Part shown: positions 14,395 to 28,605 of the stretch, in pieces
Position numbering within the stretch: the stretch's first letter is position 1
Layout of the letters: each line of letters begins with the position of its first letter
Assembly: GCA_951406725.2 (NCBI GenBank)
Contig: OX597816.1
Coordinates: forward strand, 89,652,001 to 89,716,000
Source of the DNA: Octopus vulgaris
Taxonomy: Eukaryota
DNA: 64,000 bases
Reading direction: 5' to 3'
Notes under the pieces: model-generated
Seen by the model: only the letters and a program-made list of their open reading frames with translations
Database searches by the model: none
What the model was told of the DNA's origin: nothing
Made by a program: the position numbers and the translations under genes

Positions 14395-14645
14395 CAAGAT
14401 CTTGTGTTTTGGTAACAAGCGAAGTGTTACACCATTCACTTTAACATCAACCATGCGAATGTACGAAACCTTCTTATTATCCCAGCGATGTTCATTTTTC
14501 GCCTCTACACTGAAGGCCATCAATGAGGAACCTTGTGTTGTTGATGCAAGAGTATATTTACACGCTCCCATGAAATGTATGAGCTGACCATCAAATATGA
14601 CATAATGTGGATCGCCTGATACTTTACACACACAATCGGAAGTAA
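14395..14645 (-). CDS. Host gene exon: VWD domain, N-terminal half
   Basis: (V)TSDCVCKVSGDPHYVIFDGQLIHFMGACKYTLA...VEAKNEHR...KHKIL (GDPHY..FDG motif). Acceptor ttgcag (phase 1), donor gtaagt (phase 0). Confidence 0.92.
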
Positions 14646-14692
14646 CTGCAATGATAGATAAAGAGATGCATCTATAAAACGGGAAAACAATG

Positions 14693-14751
<59 letters not shown>

Positions 14752-14758
<7 letters not shown>

Positions 14759-16017
14759 ACTGATGAAATGAGGCAATTTTTACGATGGTTAAAAATACTA
14801 AAATAATGGTAGTAGACAGATATCATTTTCATGTAACATTTATTACAACAAAAACTTTCATCACTTAATATGGCCGCTCCTTTCGATAATTACCGCCTCC
14901 ACACGAGAATGAAATTTTTTGCAGCTACTCCAACCTAAGATGTTTTGATTTTGCGTATCGTACGCACGATGCAGTTCTTCAAGCTGTTGACATTTGATTG
15001 TAGTAAAGCATTGGTCATTGCTTGAAGTATGCTCCATAAAATGTAATCGAGGTTTAGATTTGGGCTATTACTGGGCCAGATGCTGGCACTCATAAAAATG
15101 GCACTTTCTCCCCAAGGAAGGCCTGTGTTGCTTGTGAACCTTGACATGGCTCAGAACCCTGGATAAGCACCACATTGTTAAGCCCAAATTTCTGCTCCAT
15201 CCAAGTTAACAGAGAGTTCTTCAGGATGTCCAGATACTCCTTTATGTCAATCTTCAAACCAGATTTATTCATATGTGGATTCATGACATTTCCATCATTC
15301 GCCACTGCTCCAAACAGCATCACAGAGGCAGGACTCTTAGTCTCAAACACAGGGTGGGGGCGTTAGACGGGTTGTATGCAATCACTCGAAAATTTCTGCG
15401 ATTCACCTCAGCGTCCACTGGGAACTTCTTGTCCACAAACACGAGAGATTTTTTCATGCACCTTGATGCTTGATGAATGACAGAAGCTTTGGACATCTCC
15501 CGGTTCTGATGGCTTTGGCCTTGGCTGTGAGAAGATGACGGCATTGTGAAATATGGCTAGCCATGCCAAGGTTCCTGTTCACAGCCCTGGACGGCGTGGA
15601 AAAGGACACGTTGTGTTTCTTCGCAAGAGTTGTCATGGATGTTGATGGGTTGGCTTCAGTCGAGTGTTTGAGACCTACGACAAATTTTGGAATGCGCTTA
15701 GAATCGAGCCTTGTGTTCTTTCCTATCAATCTGTAACCTCTTCTTTCAATTATTTATACACATGCTAAATTGTTGCTTTTGGAAGTTTCGTCAACTTAAC
15801 AATTTTATTGGCAGTGTGCCCGGCGCGCGACAAAACAGTCGCGGAACGAATCTGCTGTTCCATGACTTTCTGTTGTCGAATCAGTTCGCTATTTACGTGA
15901 AAAAATGAAGAGGAGGATTAGATTTTCAAAGAAGCGTAGTTTTGTCAAAGAATGAAATATTAAACCCTCTATATCAACTGCTTAAAATTGCTTTCCATTT
16001 GTCTGAAAGACCCTGTA
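14752..16017 (-). mobile_element. Degenerate Tc1/mariner transposon
   Basis: Fragments SPASVMLFGAVANDG, YLDIL, VLIQ, WPSNSPNLNLDYILWS; end motif accctgTA. Confidence 0.8.
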
Positions 16018-16027
16018 TATATCTATA

Positions 16028-16079
<52 letters not shown>

Positions 16080-17389
16080 TGTGAGTGAGTGTGCGTGTAT
16101 GTTGTGTCTATGTATGTATGAAAGTAAGTATATATATATATATTTATATATGGTTACGTGTGTATATACATATGTGTATGTTATGTGCATGCATATATAT
16201 ATATGCCTCTGTGTGTGCGCGCGTGTGCATATATATATACATGATTTCAAATTATACAAAAAAAGCAAAGTACAAAGGTAAGAGACAGTTGAGGCTAACA
16301 AACAGGGTGTATTAATTTCCAGGGGAAATGGAAGAAATTAGGTGAGACAACAGATACAGAGAGTAGGGAGTGGTGAGAGAAAACTTGTCTGGATTAGTGG
16401 TTGCATATGTTGAATATATATATATATATAAACCAAAGGTAGAAAGAGAGAGAGAGAGAGAATTACTGTTTAAAGCCTTGATGATTTTTCCCTTATCTCG
16501 GTATATTTTCAAACTAATTTATACGTTATATTACTTCAAGTCTATTAATCTACTGTTTCAGCTAATTGTTGTTTTTAACACCATCACATACTTCCTACAT
16601 ATTAATACGGAATTGCTCTCGCTGTATCAGCCCATCCTAAACATATTTTTGTTCCTTTATTCTTTAGAGTATTATCTAATTCTTTCACCAATTATATTCT
16701 AGAAATTTCGTATATTCTTATTACATTTTTACCGACCCAGGAACTTTTCTGTTTGGCTGCAACTTTTGAAATTTTAAAATTTACTGAATGATGTATTGAT
16801 GTAATTTTTCACGCTGAATCTCAGGGTATAATTCACTTGTTCTAGAATTTAAAAAAACAAAGTTACAGGGGTTTTAATTTGGATCATTTTTACCCATTCA
16901 CAGAACAGGATTTGGAAGCTGTCATTTTGTGCGTGACTGCAATCGTAAGATGGTATATCAATAATGTCACCATTGCGACGATAAGCATGTGCTTTAAGCA
17001 TTTAATAAGTGAAAAATTACCAAAAAACAGGTAAACAATATTTGGTATTTTTACGCTTCCAGTATGCATTTAATGCGGAAAAATGGTACAGAACACATTT
17101 CATAGTTTTAAGAGCAAAAGATATGGGTACAAGCATGAAAAAACAGCGTAAAACTACACCCTGCTGACGTCTCCTACAACCCCATAAAAACTACGAATTC
17201 TAACGCCGCCATAGATAATGAACATAACGCCGGACCTTCACTAGATAACAATCACCATGTAAAATCATATCCATCACCCCTACGATCCTCTGCAGCTTCA
17301 GATGCTCAAATCCATGCACCTTAGATAATTGTTGTCTTACTAAAAACAGTGTATGTAAATGTACGGTATCAGCTGCCAATTTTAACTAG

Positions 17390-17458
<69 letters not shown>

Positions 17459-19243
17459 GGCTTGTGGCGAACCACTTTCAAAGTCAGAATGGGTAATCAA
17501 TACTCTAGCTTTAAGTCCCAAGCAAGATCTAACAGCACTTCTTTATCTCAGTTAATCCAGCATGAACCAATTTCATATAATCTGAAGTGACCCATAGTCA
17601 CCCACGCAAAGCTTCCACTCCTTTCTCCTCCGAGTTAGCACCAGACGTACTAACGACAATGTAAACTGCATATAATTAAGGTACCCTTAACTTGAAAAGT
17701 AGCTTGCGGTGTAACCCTCGATTGAATAATTATTACTTCCAGGACTCGGATCTAGTCTTTTTCATTCGCAAAATGAGTCCCCTTTAATTTTGTTCAGATT
17801 GCTTTCAATTTTGGTGTATCGATGCAACTCTGAATTTTGATTACGATAAATCAATTACATTATCTCGTAAATTAGAGATTCTGATGTTTTTTGGAAATAA
17901 AGTTGGGAAATTTGGGTAATTTTAATCAATCAACAGACAGCGAGCCATTATCAGCTTGCTACCATGACAACCACAAGTTGCGTTTCACCCGATTTTTGTA
18001 TTGATTCTTCCCGCCACCAGATTTACTTCACCCGCGTCTTTTGTTGTAATAAAAAATTATATTTATCAATTATATTTTTATTATAGATATTTTTCGTCAA
18101 TTGTCTTAATATTTTACATATTTTTTTTATACATAGCAAAAGTTTCTTGGCATTATGAAGGTGAATGGAATATGTGAACTTAGTACAGATAATCTGACAT
18201 TAGTTTTCAATTCTGCATGCAAAAACTTATAAAATAAAGGTATTCTTTTTCTTGAGGCAAACTCTTTGTAGACCAGTGTTATTCTTATCGTAGTTTACAC
18301 AAATACATGACAGGTACATTAATGATGTACACAGATATATGACAGGTATTCATAATACAAAAATACGCATAAAGTAAGCGCATGAAGACAAATATATTAA
18401 TATAACAAATTTTAAAAATAAAAAAATTAAATCACTGCAGAGACAAAAGCAACAGTAAGACGATACATGTTGATTTTATTAGGTATTTCTGTTTATTTAG
18501 AAACCTACAATGAAGAGGTCATTTCACAGACGCTAAACAATAAATTTCACAGGACACAACATTAAGGTTGACACCGCTCCGCTAAACGCAGAAAATTTCT
18601 GTCTCACTATTGGCTAAAAACACAGTTTTTACAATTTTTAATCTTCTGAAATTAAAAACTGTTTCCTCCACTTTTTTCTTCATATCATACCTTCATAGCA
18701 ATTAGACTGGATACCTTTATTATTATAGCCAATTTTCTGATTTTTTACTGTCTTTTAAAAAATGCATATTTTGCGAATGAAAAAACTAGATCCCAGGATT
18801 CCGTTGGCTATAAAACATCTACCCTGGATTTTACCTACTCAATACTATAGATTATACTTCCCCTATATTACCTAATAAAAGCGGGGTCAGATCGATATTC
18901 TGGTGTACACCCAAATTCGCTATAAACGTTAAGGGCTTAACCAAAACCTTTTTTCAAATAGTAGACTCTAACTTGCCACGTCACCGTACGTGCCATTCAA
19001 ACTTAGAATAATAAAGGGAAAGTTCCTCGGACAGTATTATATATATTTGAAAGTATGAGTGTATATGGCTTTTTTGAGGGGATAATTTTTATTATAATCT
19101 TAATAATAGTGTTTACAGTGAGTTACTCTGATATGAGTTTCAAGTTTTAAAGTAGCCTGAAAATGGCTACATGAACTCATTCAAAAGCGTTGTCTATACT
19201 CATTCTTCGAATATATATATGTGTGTGTGTATATGTGTTTATG

Positions 19244-19302
<59 letters not shown>

Positions 19303-19329
19303 TATATATATGTATATATTTATATATAG

Positions 19330-19520
19330 TTGAAATTTATTGAAAAACAAAAGACGAAGACTGGTGTATGAACACCAAGCAGATGTATTAGTTTCACGCT
19401 CGGGAAAGTGAGAAAGTATTTTATGTTTCGAACCAAGGCTTTTTAGCAGAAAGAATTATGTAGAAATAAGTAGAGAAAGAATATAAAAACTTGTGGATTT
19501 AGCGATCAATCATGGCGGAC
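19330..19520 (-). mobile_element. Solo relic related to the pLTR of the PLE at 41696-47001 (second copy at ~22195-22390)
   Basis: Reverse-complement similarity to pLTR segments caaaagacgaag, tgtattagt, tttcga, cagaaaga, catggcg. Confidence 0.55.
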
Positions 19521-19956
19521 ATTTGTTTTCAATCACTACAATTGGTTTGTACACAACGTAGTCCTCCAGGCGTGAAGCTACTTCATTACGCAACCGTTTC
19601 CCTGCATTATGAGAACTAGCTATGTTTCTTCAGGCGATATGTAAATATTGTCTCCGTAAGTTCAAATTCTCGGCTTCAAGAGCATCCTCTCTGTATGTCG
19701 TCGCCACTGAGTTTATCAAAGTGTTTTGTTACTTAAGGACCGTTGTCAAACTTCCTTGAATGTGCAGTGGTAGTGGGATGGTGATCCACAGCTTTGAATT
19801 TGTAGATGTAGCGGAATGGTGATTCTGCTATTGTTTAAGTGGTTGCGTTTTAAAATGGTAACCACTTTAACAATAGCAGAATCATTTAAGAAGTATCTAC
19901 TATTTCATAGATCAAGGAAATACATATTTATTCGTAAGTTTGTAATAGATTCTTAC

Positions 19957-20067
19957 CTGTATCACAATTTGTCCCAGAATATCCAGCCTTGCATGTACAC
20001 TTGTACGAATTGCCATTACTTTCGCACACTCCTCCATTCTTGCATGGGATTGCGGCACACGGATCAA
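19957..20067 (-). CDS. Host gene exon: EGF-like domain
   Basis: ctag|(V)DPCAAIPCKNGGVCESNGNSYKCTCKAGYSGTNCDT|gtaaga; 111 nt, phase 1-1, six Cys. Confidence 0.9.
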
Positions 20068-20217
20068 CTAGAAGACAATATATCAAAAATCAAACAATAT
20101 TTCAAGTCTGACTGACCAAAAGTGAAAATGTCTACAATTCTAGAGAGTTACGGAAGTCGACGAATACGTTAAAATGGAAAATGTCTTATCGACAAAATAT
20201 TCTGAAAATACATGTAG

Positions 20218-20218
20218 C

Positions 20219-20307
<89 letters not shown>

Positions 20308-20338
20308 GGCAACGGTGGCGGTAGTCGTCGTCGTCGTC

Positions 20339-20373
<35 letters not shown>

Positions 20374-20549
20374 GGTGGTGGGGTGGGAGTGGTGGTGGTG
20401 GTGGTGGGGTGGGAGTGGTGGCAGCGGTGGCGGTAGTCGTCGTTGTAGCAGTAGTAGTTGTAGTAGTAGTAGTAGTGGTGGTGGTGGTGGTGGTGGTGGT
20501 GGTTTTGGTGGTGGTAGCAGCGTTAGTCATCGTCGTCGTCGTCGTCGTC

Positions 20550-20626
<77 letters not shown>

Positions 20627-20636
20627 GGTAGTAGTA
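20218..20636. repeat. (AGT)n/(GGT)n/(CGT)n compound microsatellite (paralog at 23075-23591)
   Basis: Directly visible. Confidence 0.9.
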
Positions 20637-21142
20637 CATTGAAATATTCTTCCGAAAACACTAAAATAAGAAGAGATATAGATAAAGCTAGTAGTTAACA
20701 GATCAATGTACGAATAGTTACGTACATTTATAAACATATTGCTGGTGGTGTTGGTTTGGCCCTTAATATGAAAATGTAAGCGTGTAGAACTGCGGGGACA
20801 GGTTGGACTGTGCATAGCTAAGGTAATGTTTAGCGAAACAATAGAAATTCTCTGTAAATATCTCAGCTAGCTAAGATAGAGAAATCTATGAAGATCGCAA
20901 TGTTTTAGCAAACATAAAGAAATCTACATATCTATGGATATATCAAGGAACTGGATCATAGACAGGGCTATCACAAAGTTTCAAATGACAGACACGAGTT
21001 TACGCATATTTGGGGTGTTAAATAGAAATCATGGAAGTCGTGTGTTTTACGAAAGCGTAGCATATCGAGCGGAAGGTGGAAAGAGAGGGAGAGAAAGAGA
21101 AGGAATAGGAAGGTGTTGGGGATACGCATCGATATTCCAGTG

Positions 21143-21480
21143 TGGGGAGAGCGCATAGCTCAGTGGTTAGAGCGTCGGGATCACAATCATGAGTCAGTGA
21201 ATTCGATTGTCAGACCGTGCTGTATGTTGTGATCTTAAGCAAGGCGCTTTATTTCATGTTGCTCCAGTTCATTCAGCTGTAGATAGGAGTTACGACATCA
21301 TTGGTGCCAAGTTGTATCGGCCTTTGCCTTTCCCTTGGATAACCTCGCTGGCATGGAGATGGGAGGCTGGTATGCATGGCCGAATTCTGTTCCTACATAA
21401 ACAGACTCTCTCGGACTTGTGCCTTGGAGGGGAGCTTTCTAGGTACAATCACATGGTAAGTCATGACCGAAGGGGCTACT
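21143..21480 (+). mobile_element. tRNA-derived SINE
   Basis: Head ggggagagcgcaTAGCTCAGTGGttagagcg (A box) with a B-box-like attcgatt; multiple partial copies in the window. Confidence 0.8.
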
Positions 21481-21573
21481 TTTACATATTTTTCTCTATA
21501 TTACCTTTCACTCTGCATTTTTCGTGCATGTGCGTATATAGCCGTGTATATATGAACATAACTGTGCGCGTAT

Positions 21574-21613
<40 letters not shown>

Positions 21614-22089
21614 GTTCGGTTATATATACATGTACATGTGTATGGTTATATATATATGTATACATATAGGTATGTCTGTGAGTGTGCACGTATGTGCTTT
21701 ACGCGAGTGTGAGTGAGCATATACATTTATGCACATGTTCGGAGGGGGTGCATACATATATTCTTTAAACGTTAAGCGCTTAACCAAAGCCTTTTTTCAA
21801 ATAGTAGACTCTAACTTGCCACGTCACCGTACGTGCCATTCAAACTTATAATATACTATAATAAAGGGAAAGTTCTTCGGACAGTATTATATATATTTGA
21901 AAGTATGAGTGTATATGGCTTTTTTGAGGGGATAATTTTTATTATAATCTTAATAATAGTGTTTACAGTGAGTTACTCTGATATGAGTTTCAAGTTTTAA
22001 AGTAGCCTGAAAATGGCTACATGAACTCATTCAAAAGCGCTGTCTATACTCATTCTTCGAATATATATATATGTGTGTGTATATGTGTT

Positions 22090-22170
<81 letters not shown>

Positions 22171-22809
22171 ATATATATGTATATATTTATATTTAGTTGA
22201 AATTTATTGAAAAACAAAAGACGAAGACTGGTGTATGAACACCAAGCAGATGTATTAGTTTCACGCTCGGGAAAGTGAGAAAGTCTTTTATGTTTCGAAC
22301 CAAGGCTTTTCAGCAGAAAGAATTATGTAGAAATAAGTAGAGAAAGAATATAAAAACTTGTGGATTTAGCGATCAATCATGGCGGACATTTTCAATCACT
22401 ACAATTGGTTTGTACACAACGTAGTCCTCCAGGCGTGAAGCTACTTCATTACGCAACCGTTTCCCTGCATTATGAGAACTAGCTATGTTTCCTCAGGCGA
22501 TATGTAAATATTGTTCAAATTCTCGGCTTCAAGAGCATCCTCTCTGTATGTCGTCGCCACTGAGTTTATCAAAGTGTTTTGTTACTTAAGGACCGTTGTC
22601 AAACTTCCTTGAATGTGCAGTGGTAGTGGGATGGTGATTCACTGCTTTGAATTTGTAGATGTAGTGGAATGGTGATTCTGCTATTGTTTAAGTGGTTGCG
22701 TTTTAAAATGGTAACCGCTTTAACAAAAGCAGAATCATTTAAGAAGTATCTACTATTTCATAGATCAATGAAATACATATTTATTCGTAAGTTTGTAATA
22801 AATTCTTAC

Positions 22810-22920
22810 CTGTATCACAATTTGTCCCAGAATATCCAGCCTTGCATGTACACTTGTACGAATTGCCATTACTTTCGCACAATCCTCCATTCTTGCATGG
22901 GCTTGCGGCACACGGATCAA
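22810..22920 (-). CDS. Host gene exon: EGF-like domain (duplicate)
   Basis: ctag|(V)DPCAASPCKNGGLCESNGNSYKCTCKAGYSGTNCDT|gtaaga; 111 nt, phase 1-1. Confidence 0.88.
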
Positions 22921-23083
22921 CTAGAAGACAATATATCAAAAAGCAAACAATATTTCAAGTATGACTGATCAAAAGTGAAAATGTCTACAATTCTAGAGCG
23001 TTACGGAAGTCGACGAATACGTTAAAATGGAAAATAATGTCTTATCGACAAAATATTCTGAAAATACATGTAGCGTAGTAGTT

Positions 23084-23157
<74 letters not shown>

Positions 23158-23336
23158 GGTGGTGGTGGTATTGGTAGTGGTGGTGGCAGCGGTGGCGGTA
23201 ACGTCGTCGTCGTCGTAGTAGTAGTAGTAGTTGTTGTAGTAGTAGTTGTTGTAGTAGTAGTAGTAGTGGTGGTGGTGGTGGTGGGGTGGGAGTGGTGGCA
23301 GCGGTGGTGGTAGTCGTCGTCGTCGTAGTAGTCGTG

Positions 23337-23374
<38 letters not shown>

Positions 23375-23489
23375 GGTGGTGGTGGTGGTGGTGGTGTTGG
23401 TGGCGGTAGTCGTCGTCGTAGTAGTAGTAGTGGTGGTGGTTTTTGTGGTGGTAGCAGCGTTAGTCGTCGTCGTCGTCGTCGTCGTCGTC

Positions 23490-23578
<89 letters not shown>

Positions 23579-24097
23579 GGTGGTAGTAGTACATTGAAAT
23601 ATTCTTCCGAAAACACTAAAATAAGAAGAGATATAGATAAAGCTAGTAGTTAACAGATCAATGTACGAATAGTTACGTACATTTATAAACATATTGCTGG
23701 TGGTGTTGGTTTGGCCCTTAATATGAAAATGTAAGCGTGTAGAACTGCGGGGACAGGTTGGACTGTGCATAGCTAAGGTAATGTTTAGCGAAACAATAGA
23801 AATTCTCTGTAAATATCTTAGCTAGCTAAGATAGAGAAATCTATGAAGATCGCAATGTTTTAGCAAACATAAAGAAATCTACATATCTATAGATATATCA
23901 AGGAACTGGATCATAGACAGGGCTATCACAAAGTTTCAAATGACAGACACGAGTTTACGCATATTTGGGGTGTTAAATAGAAATCATGGAAGTCGTGTGT
24001 TTTACGAAAGCGTAGCATATCGAGCGGAAGGTGGAAAGAGATGGGGAGAAAGAGAAGGAATAGGAAGGTGTTGGGGATACGCATCGATATTCCAGCG

Positions 24098-24433
24098 TGG
24101 GGAGAGCGCATAGCTTAGTGGTTAGAGCGTCGGGATCACAATCATGAGTTAGTGAATTCGATTGTCAGACCGTGCTGTATGTTGTGATCTTAAGCAAGGC
24201 GCTTTATTTCATGTTGCTCCAGTTCATTCAGCTGTAGATAGGAGTTACGACATCACTGGTGCCAAGTTGTATCGGCCTTTGCCTTTCCCTTGGATAACCT
24301 CGCTGGCATGGAGATGGGAGGCTGGTATGCATGGCCGAATTCTGTTCCTACATAAACAGACTCTCTCGGACTTGTGCCTTGGAGGGAGCTTTCTAGGTAC
24401 AATCACATGGTAAGTCATGACCGAAGGGGCTAC
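24098..24433 (+). mobile_element. tRNA-derived SINE (duplicate of 21143-21480)
   Basis: Same sequence within duplication unit 2. Confidence 0.8.
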
Positions 24434-24533
24434 TTTTACATATTTTTCTCTATATTACCTTTCACTCTGCATTTTTCGTGCATGTGCGTATATAGACGTG
24501 TATATGAACATAACTGTGCGCGTATGGGTGTGT

Positions 24534-24587
<54 letters not shown>

Positions 24588-24922
24588 GTTCGGTTATATA
24601 TACGTGTACACGTGTATGGTTATATATATATGTATACATATAGGTATGTCTGTGAGTGTGCACGTATGTGCTTCACGCGAGTGTGAGTGAGCATATACAT
24701 TTATGCACATGTTCGGAGGGGGTGCATACGTACATTCTATCAGCTGTTTTTACTTTCTCCTCTGGGGAGGAGAGGCCGGTGTACATGGGCGATTGCTGGC
24801 CTTCTAGAAACAACCTTGCCCGGACTTGTGCCTCGGAGGGTAACTTTCTAGGTGCAATCCCATGTTCATTCATGTGGGGTCTCCTCATGCATAAATACAT
24901 ACATATATATATACACACACAC

Positions 24923-24962
<40 letters not shown>

Positions 24963-25102
24963 TAAGAGAGATACGATAATATATGTCTATATACATATAT
25001 ATCTTTGTTTATGTGTATGTATTTATATATCTATGTGTATATGTATCTGTGTATGTATGATCGTATGTGGATATATATATGTATATATATAGAGAGAGAG
25101 AG

Positions 25103-25190
<88 letters not shown>

Positions 25191-25397
25191 GGTTGGATGG
25201 ATGGATGGATGGATGGATGGATGGATGGATAGGTATGAGTAAGTGCAACCACATGTGAGTCATGTTTGTTCTCTTTTGGGATTAACTATACACACACACA
25301 CACTCACACACATATATATCTTTGCGTATGTGTATGTATATATATATATATGCATGTACGTATGTATGTATGTGTCAGGGCATGTATGATCGTGTGT

Positions 25398-25452
<55 letters not shown>

Positions 25453-25869
25453 AATATAACGTGACAATTATCGGTAGCCAAGATAAAACTCTGAGTTTCG
25501 GATGCCGAGGTGGAAATCCACACCACCATCTCTTCATTTATCCGGCCATCTGAAAAATGCTATGAAAAAAGACCGTTATACAAAGGGAAATAGACCGCTA
25601 TTTATACAAAAGCGCTAATTCGAATGATCGCTAATTAAGATAAGGTTAAAAGTTCATAGTAAACGCCTAAGACCGCCTGTTCATACGTACGCACGTGCGT
25701 ACGCATACATCACTATGAAAACGTACACATCTTCACTCGCATCTTTCGCCAAATGTATATGCATATATATGTATACAACCCCCCCACACACACACACACA
25801 CACGCACCGTAAAAGTTCATACATACGTCTACATACGCGCGTATGTAAACGTATGTATGAACTTTTACG

Positions 25870-28605
25870 ATGCCCCAAAAATATTTCTACTGAACGTAGG
25901 AGGGCTGTGCGGCAACTGTAAAAGGAAAATCTCATTCCTGAAAGACCTTGCGGAATGCAATCAAGCTATATGCATGGCACTCATAGAAACGCATCTTGGA
26001 CCTGATATAGGGGACGCAGAAATAAACAAACCGCAATATGTTGCCCTGCGCTCAGATAGAAAAGGGAGGAGATATGGTGGAGTTGCAGTGTACATACGAG
26101 ATGACCTCACGCTCCAGGTCCTGTTGTCATATTCAAACTCAGTGTGTTACACTCAAATTGTACACATAAGACAATTGAATATCGTCATATGTACTACATA
26201 TCGCCCAGCGGAAGCCCCAAATCACACAGGGATGTTTGAAGACTGCCTTACAAAAATAGAAGTTCTCACCAAACTAGAACAACACAACAGTGTATTCTTC
26301 ATGGGTGACTTTAACTTCCCCAATGTGGAATGGCCCGGGGGCAGATGCTCCCGGGGATGAAGAGATCCTCAAACAGGATTGGCCTAAATGTCTCTCCACA
26401 CCAGACATTGACATGAAACACAAACGTTTCATGTCCATAATACAAGCCATATGTGACAAATATGTCCCAGGGTGCAGGGCTAGCACACACAAAAACAGGA
26501 TCCCTAGAGAAAGGAAGATTCTTATGAGAGGATGGACAAGGATTGCGAACCGCCTGAGCAAGCACAGCAAAAGTGGTGAGAAGTCTCACCTGGAGAGAAT
26601 GCTAATGGAAATTGAGAAAAGTCTGCATCAGTCTCATGAAAAAGAGAGAGCAGATAAAGAAGCTTGGGTAATAGAAAATATCAAGTCAAACCCTAAAGCT
26701 TTCTTTAAGTTTGCCAAAGAGACAGCCACAGTGCACCAGAGAATAGGACCTCTCTTCCAAAAAGATGGCTCCCTCACAGGAAATGCCACGAGGATAAGTG
26801 AAATACTGATCGAACAGTTCCAAAGTGTGTTCACTACACCTCTAGGACACAGGCAAGTAAACAAGCCAGAAGAATTCTTTGTCACTTTACCTGAGGCCAA
26901 AAAGGCAAAAATTGAGTACATCAACATTGAAGATGATGATATTACACTGGCCATAGATGAGATTGACACAAACTCAACTGCTGGACCTGATTGATTTCCA
27001 GCGATCCTTCTCAAATCGTGCAAACGAGCCCATCCAAAACCGCTACAGCTTCTTTTTCAGAGCATTCTTGCAAGTGGTAAGCTCCCAGTCAAATTGAAAG
27101 AGGGGGTAATATGCCTATCCATAAGGGAGGAAGCAGAGCAGATGCTAAAAATTATAGGCCTATCTCTCTGACCTCACACATCTGCAAAGTCATGGAACGA
27201 ATAGTCCGTAAGAAACTAATCAAGTTCCTTGAAGAAAATGACTTGCTGACTGACATCCAGCATGGACTTCCACCAGGTAGAAGCTGCCTAACACAGCTCC
27301 TGCAACTCTATGACTGGGTATTAAAACAGCTACTAAATGGCTCAACTGTAGATGTGATATATCTCGACTTTGCAAAAGCCTTTGATTAAGTCGACCATGG
27401 TATGATCTGTCCCAAACTGTGTGGTCTCGGCATAGGCGGAAAACTTCGAGAGTGGCTGCAGAACTTCCTAAAAGATAGAAGGCAGGCAGTTGTGGCCAAT
27501 GGAGCCACCTCCAAGGAAACAGAAATAACAAGCGGTGTTCCAAAGGGCACTGTCTTGGGGTCACTGCTGTTCATAGTGGCCCTTTCAGATATGCCCTCAG
27601 TTGCTAAGATGGCCACCCTTGTTAGCTATGCAGAATGCACAAAAGTCTCCCACACAATACAAATCCCTGGAAATATTGCACATCTGCAACGGGAGTTGGA
27701 TACAATATACAGGTAGGCTGAGGGCAACAACATGCAGTTTAATGCAGGGAAGTTCCAGGTCCTGCGCTACCGGCACACAAAGGTAAACGACTTGCAGATC
27801 GGATACACTGGCCCAGGAAGAATTGTTATTCCTGAGTCAAAATCAGTGCGTGACCTGGGCATTGACATGAGCAATGATGCATCTTTCCAAGTGCATATTA
27901 CTAATTTGATAATAAAACGCAGACGGCTAGCTGGATGGATTCTCCGAACTTTCAGAAAAAGAGAGAAGGTGACACTGATGGTCCTTTGGAAGACATCCAT
28001 CATCAGCCACTTGGAGTACTGCTCCCAACTATGGTCACCACACAATATAAATTTAATAGCAGAACTCGAAGCAATTCAACGAAGCTACACTAAGAAGATC
28101 ATCTCAATGCAACATATCAGCTACTGGGAAAGACTGAAAGTATTAAAACTCTTCTCCTTGGAGCGAAGGCGGGAGAGATATGCAGTGATATACATCTGGA
28201 AAATCCTAGAGGGTCTTGTCCCAAACTTTGGCATTCAAAGTTACCCCAACCGCAGAACGAGGCGCCACTGCATGGTGCAAAAGATCCCAAAATCACCATC
28301 AAAATACAGGACCAGATACTGCAACAGCTTGGGTTTCAGAGGACCACAGCTCTTCAATATCCTTCCTAAATGTCTGAGAGACCTGCATGGTTTGGATGTG
28401 GGTTTCTTTAAAACTAAACTGGATCTCTTCTTGTCAAGGGTCCCAGATGAACCTACCTCTCAGCAGGAAACACAGATGTGGGCAGCGGCACCGGGCCACA
28501 TATCAGAGGTGGTTTCACATACTAGTGTAGCACATTCAACGGTGGTGCCCCAGCATGGCCGCAGCCTTCGGGTTGAAATATTTTTAAGGATTAAGGATTT
28601 AAGGA
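25870..28605 (+). mobile_element. CR1-group LINE (APE endonuclease + RT), internally deleted and frameshifted
   Basis: LIETHL, GGVAVYI, GDFNFP (APE); NYRPISLTS, YLDFAKAFD, GVPKGTVLG, VRDLGI, YWERLKVLKLFSLERRRERY (RT and C-terminus). Confidence 0.9.

Larger units (their letters stand above)
18923..21765. repeat. Intragenic tandem duplication, unit 1 (~2.84 kb)
   Basis: Starts taaacgttaag.gcttaaccaaa; near-identical to 21766-24738, including the EGF exon, AGT/GGT microsatellite and SINE. Confidence 0.93.
21766..24738. repeat. Intragenic tandem duplication, unit 2 (~2.97 kb)
   Basis: Near-identical to 18923-21765. Confidence 0.93.

Noticed and set aside
14759-14800. CTGATGA motif as a hammerhead
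   Set aside because: No stem II/GAAA/stem I partner; it lies at the end of a Tc1/mariner relic.
19816-20115. Plus-strand ORFs over the EGF exons (also 22669-22968, 29340-29549)
   Set aside because: Antisense shadows of the minus-strand EGF exons.
20186-20815. Poly-Thr ORF on the gene strand as a possible mucin PTS exon (also 23042-23770)
   Set aside because: It is an (ACT/ACC)n microsatellite; the frame drifts into poly-His/Tyr, the two copies differ, and there is no convincing donor site.
21143-21230. tRNA gene (also 53480-53550)
   Set aside because: A/B boxes are present but followed by a repeated SINE body; no proper cloverleaf.
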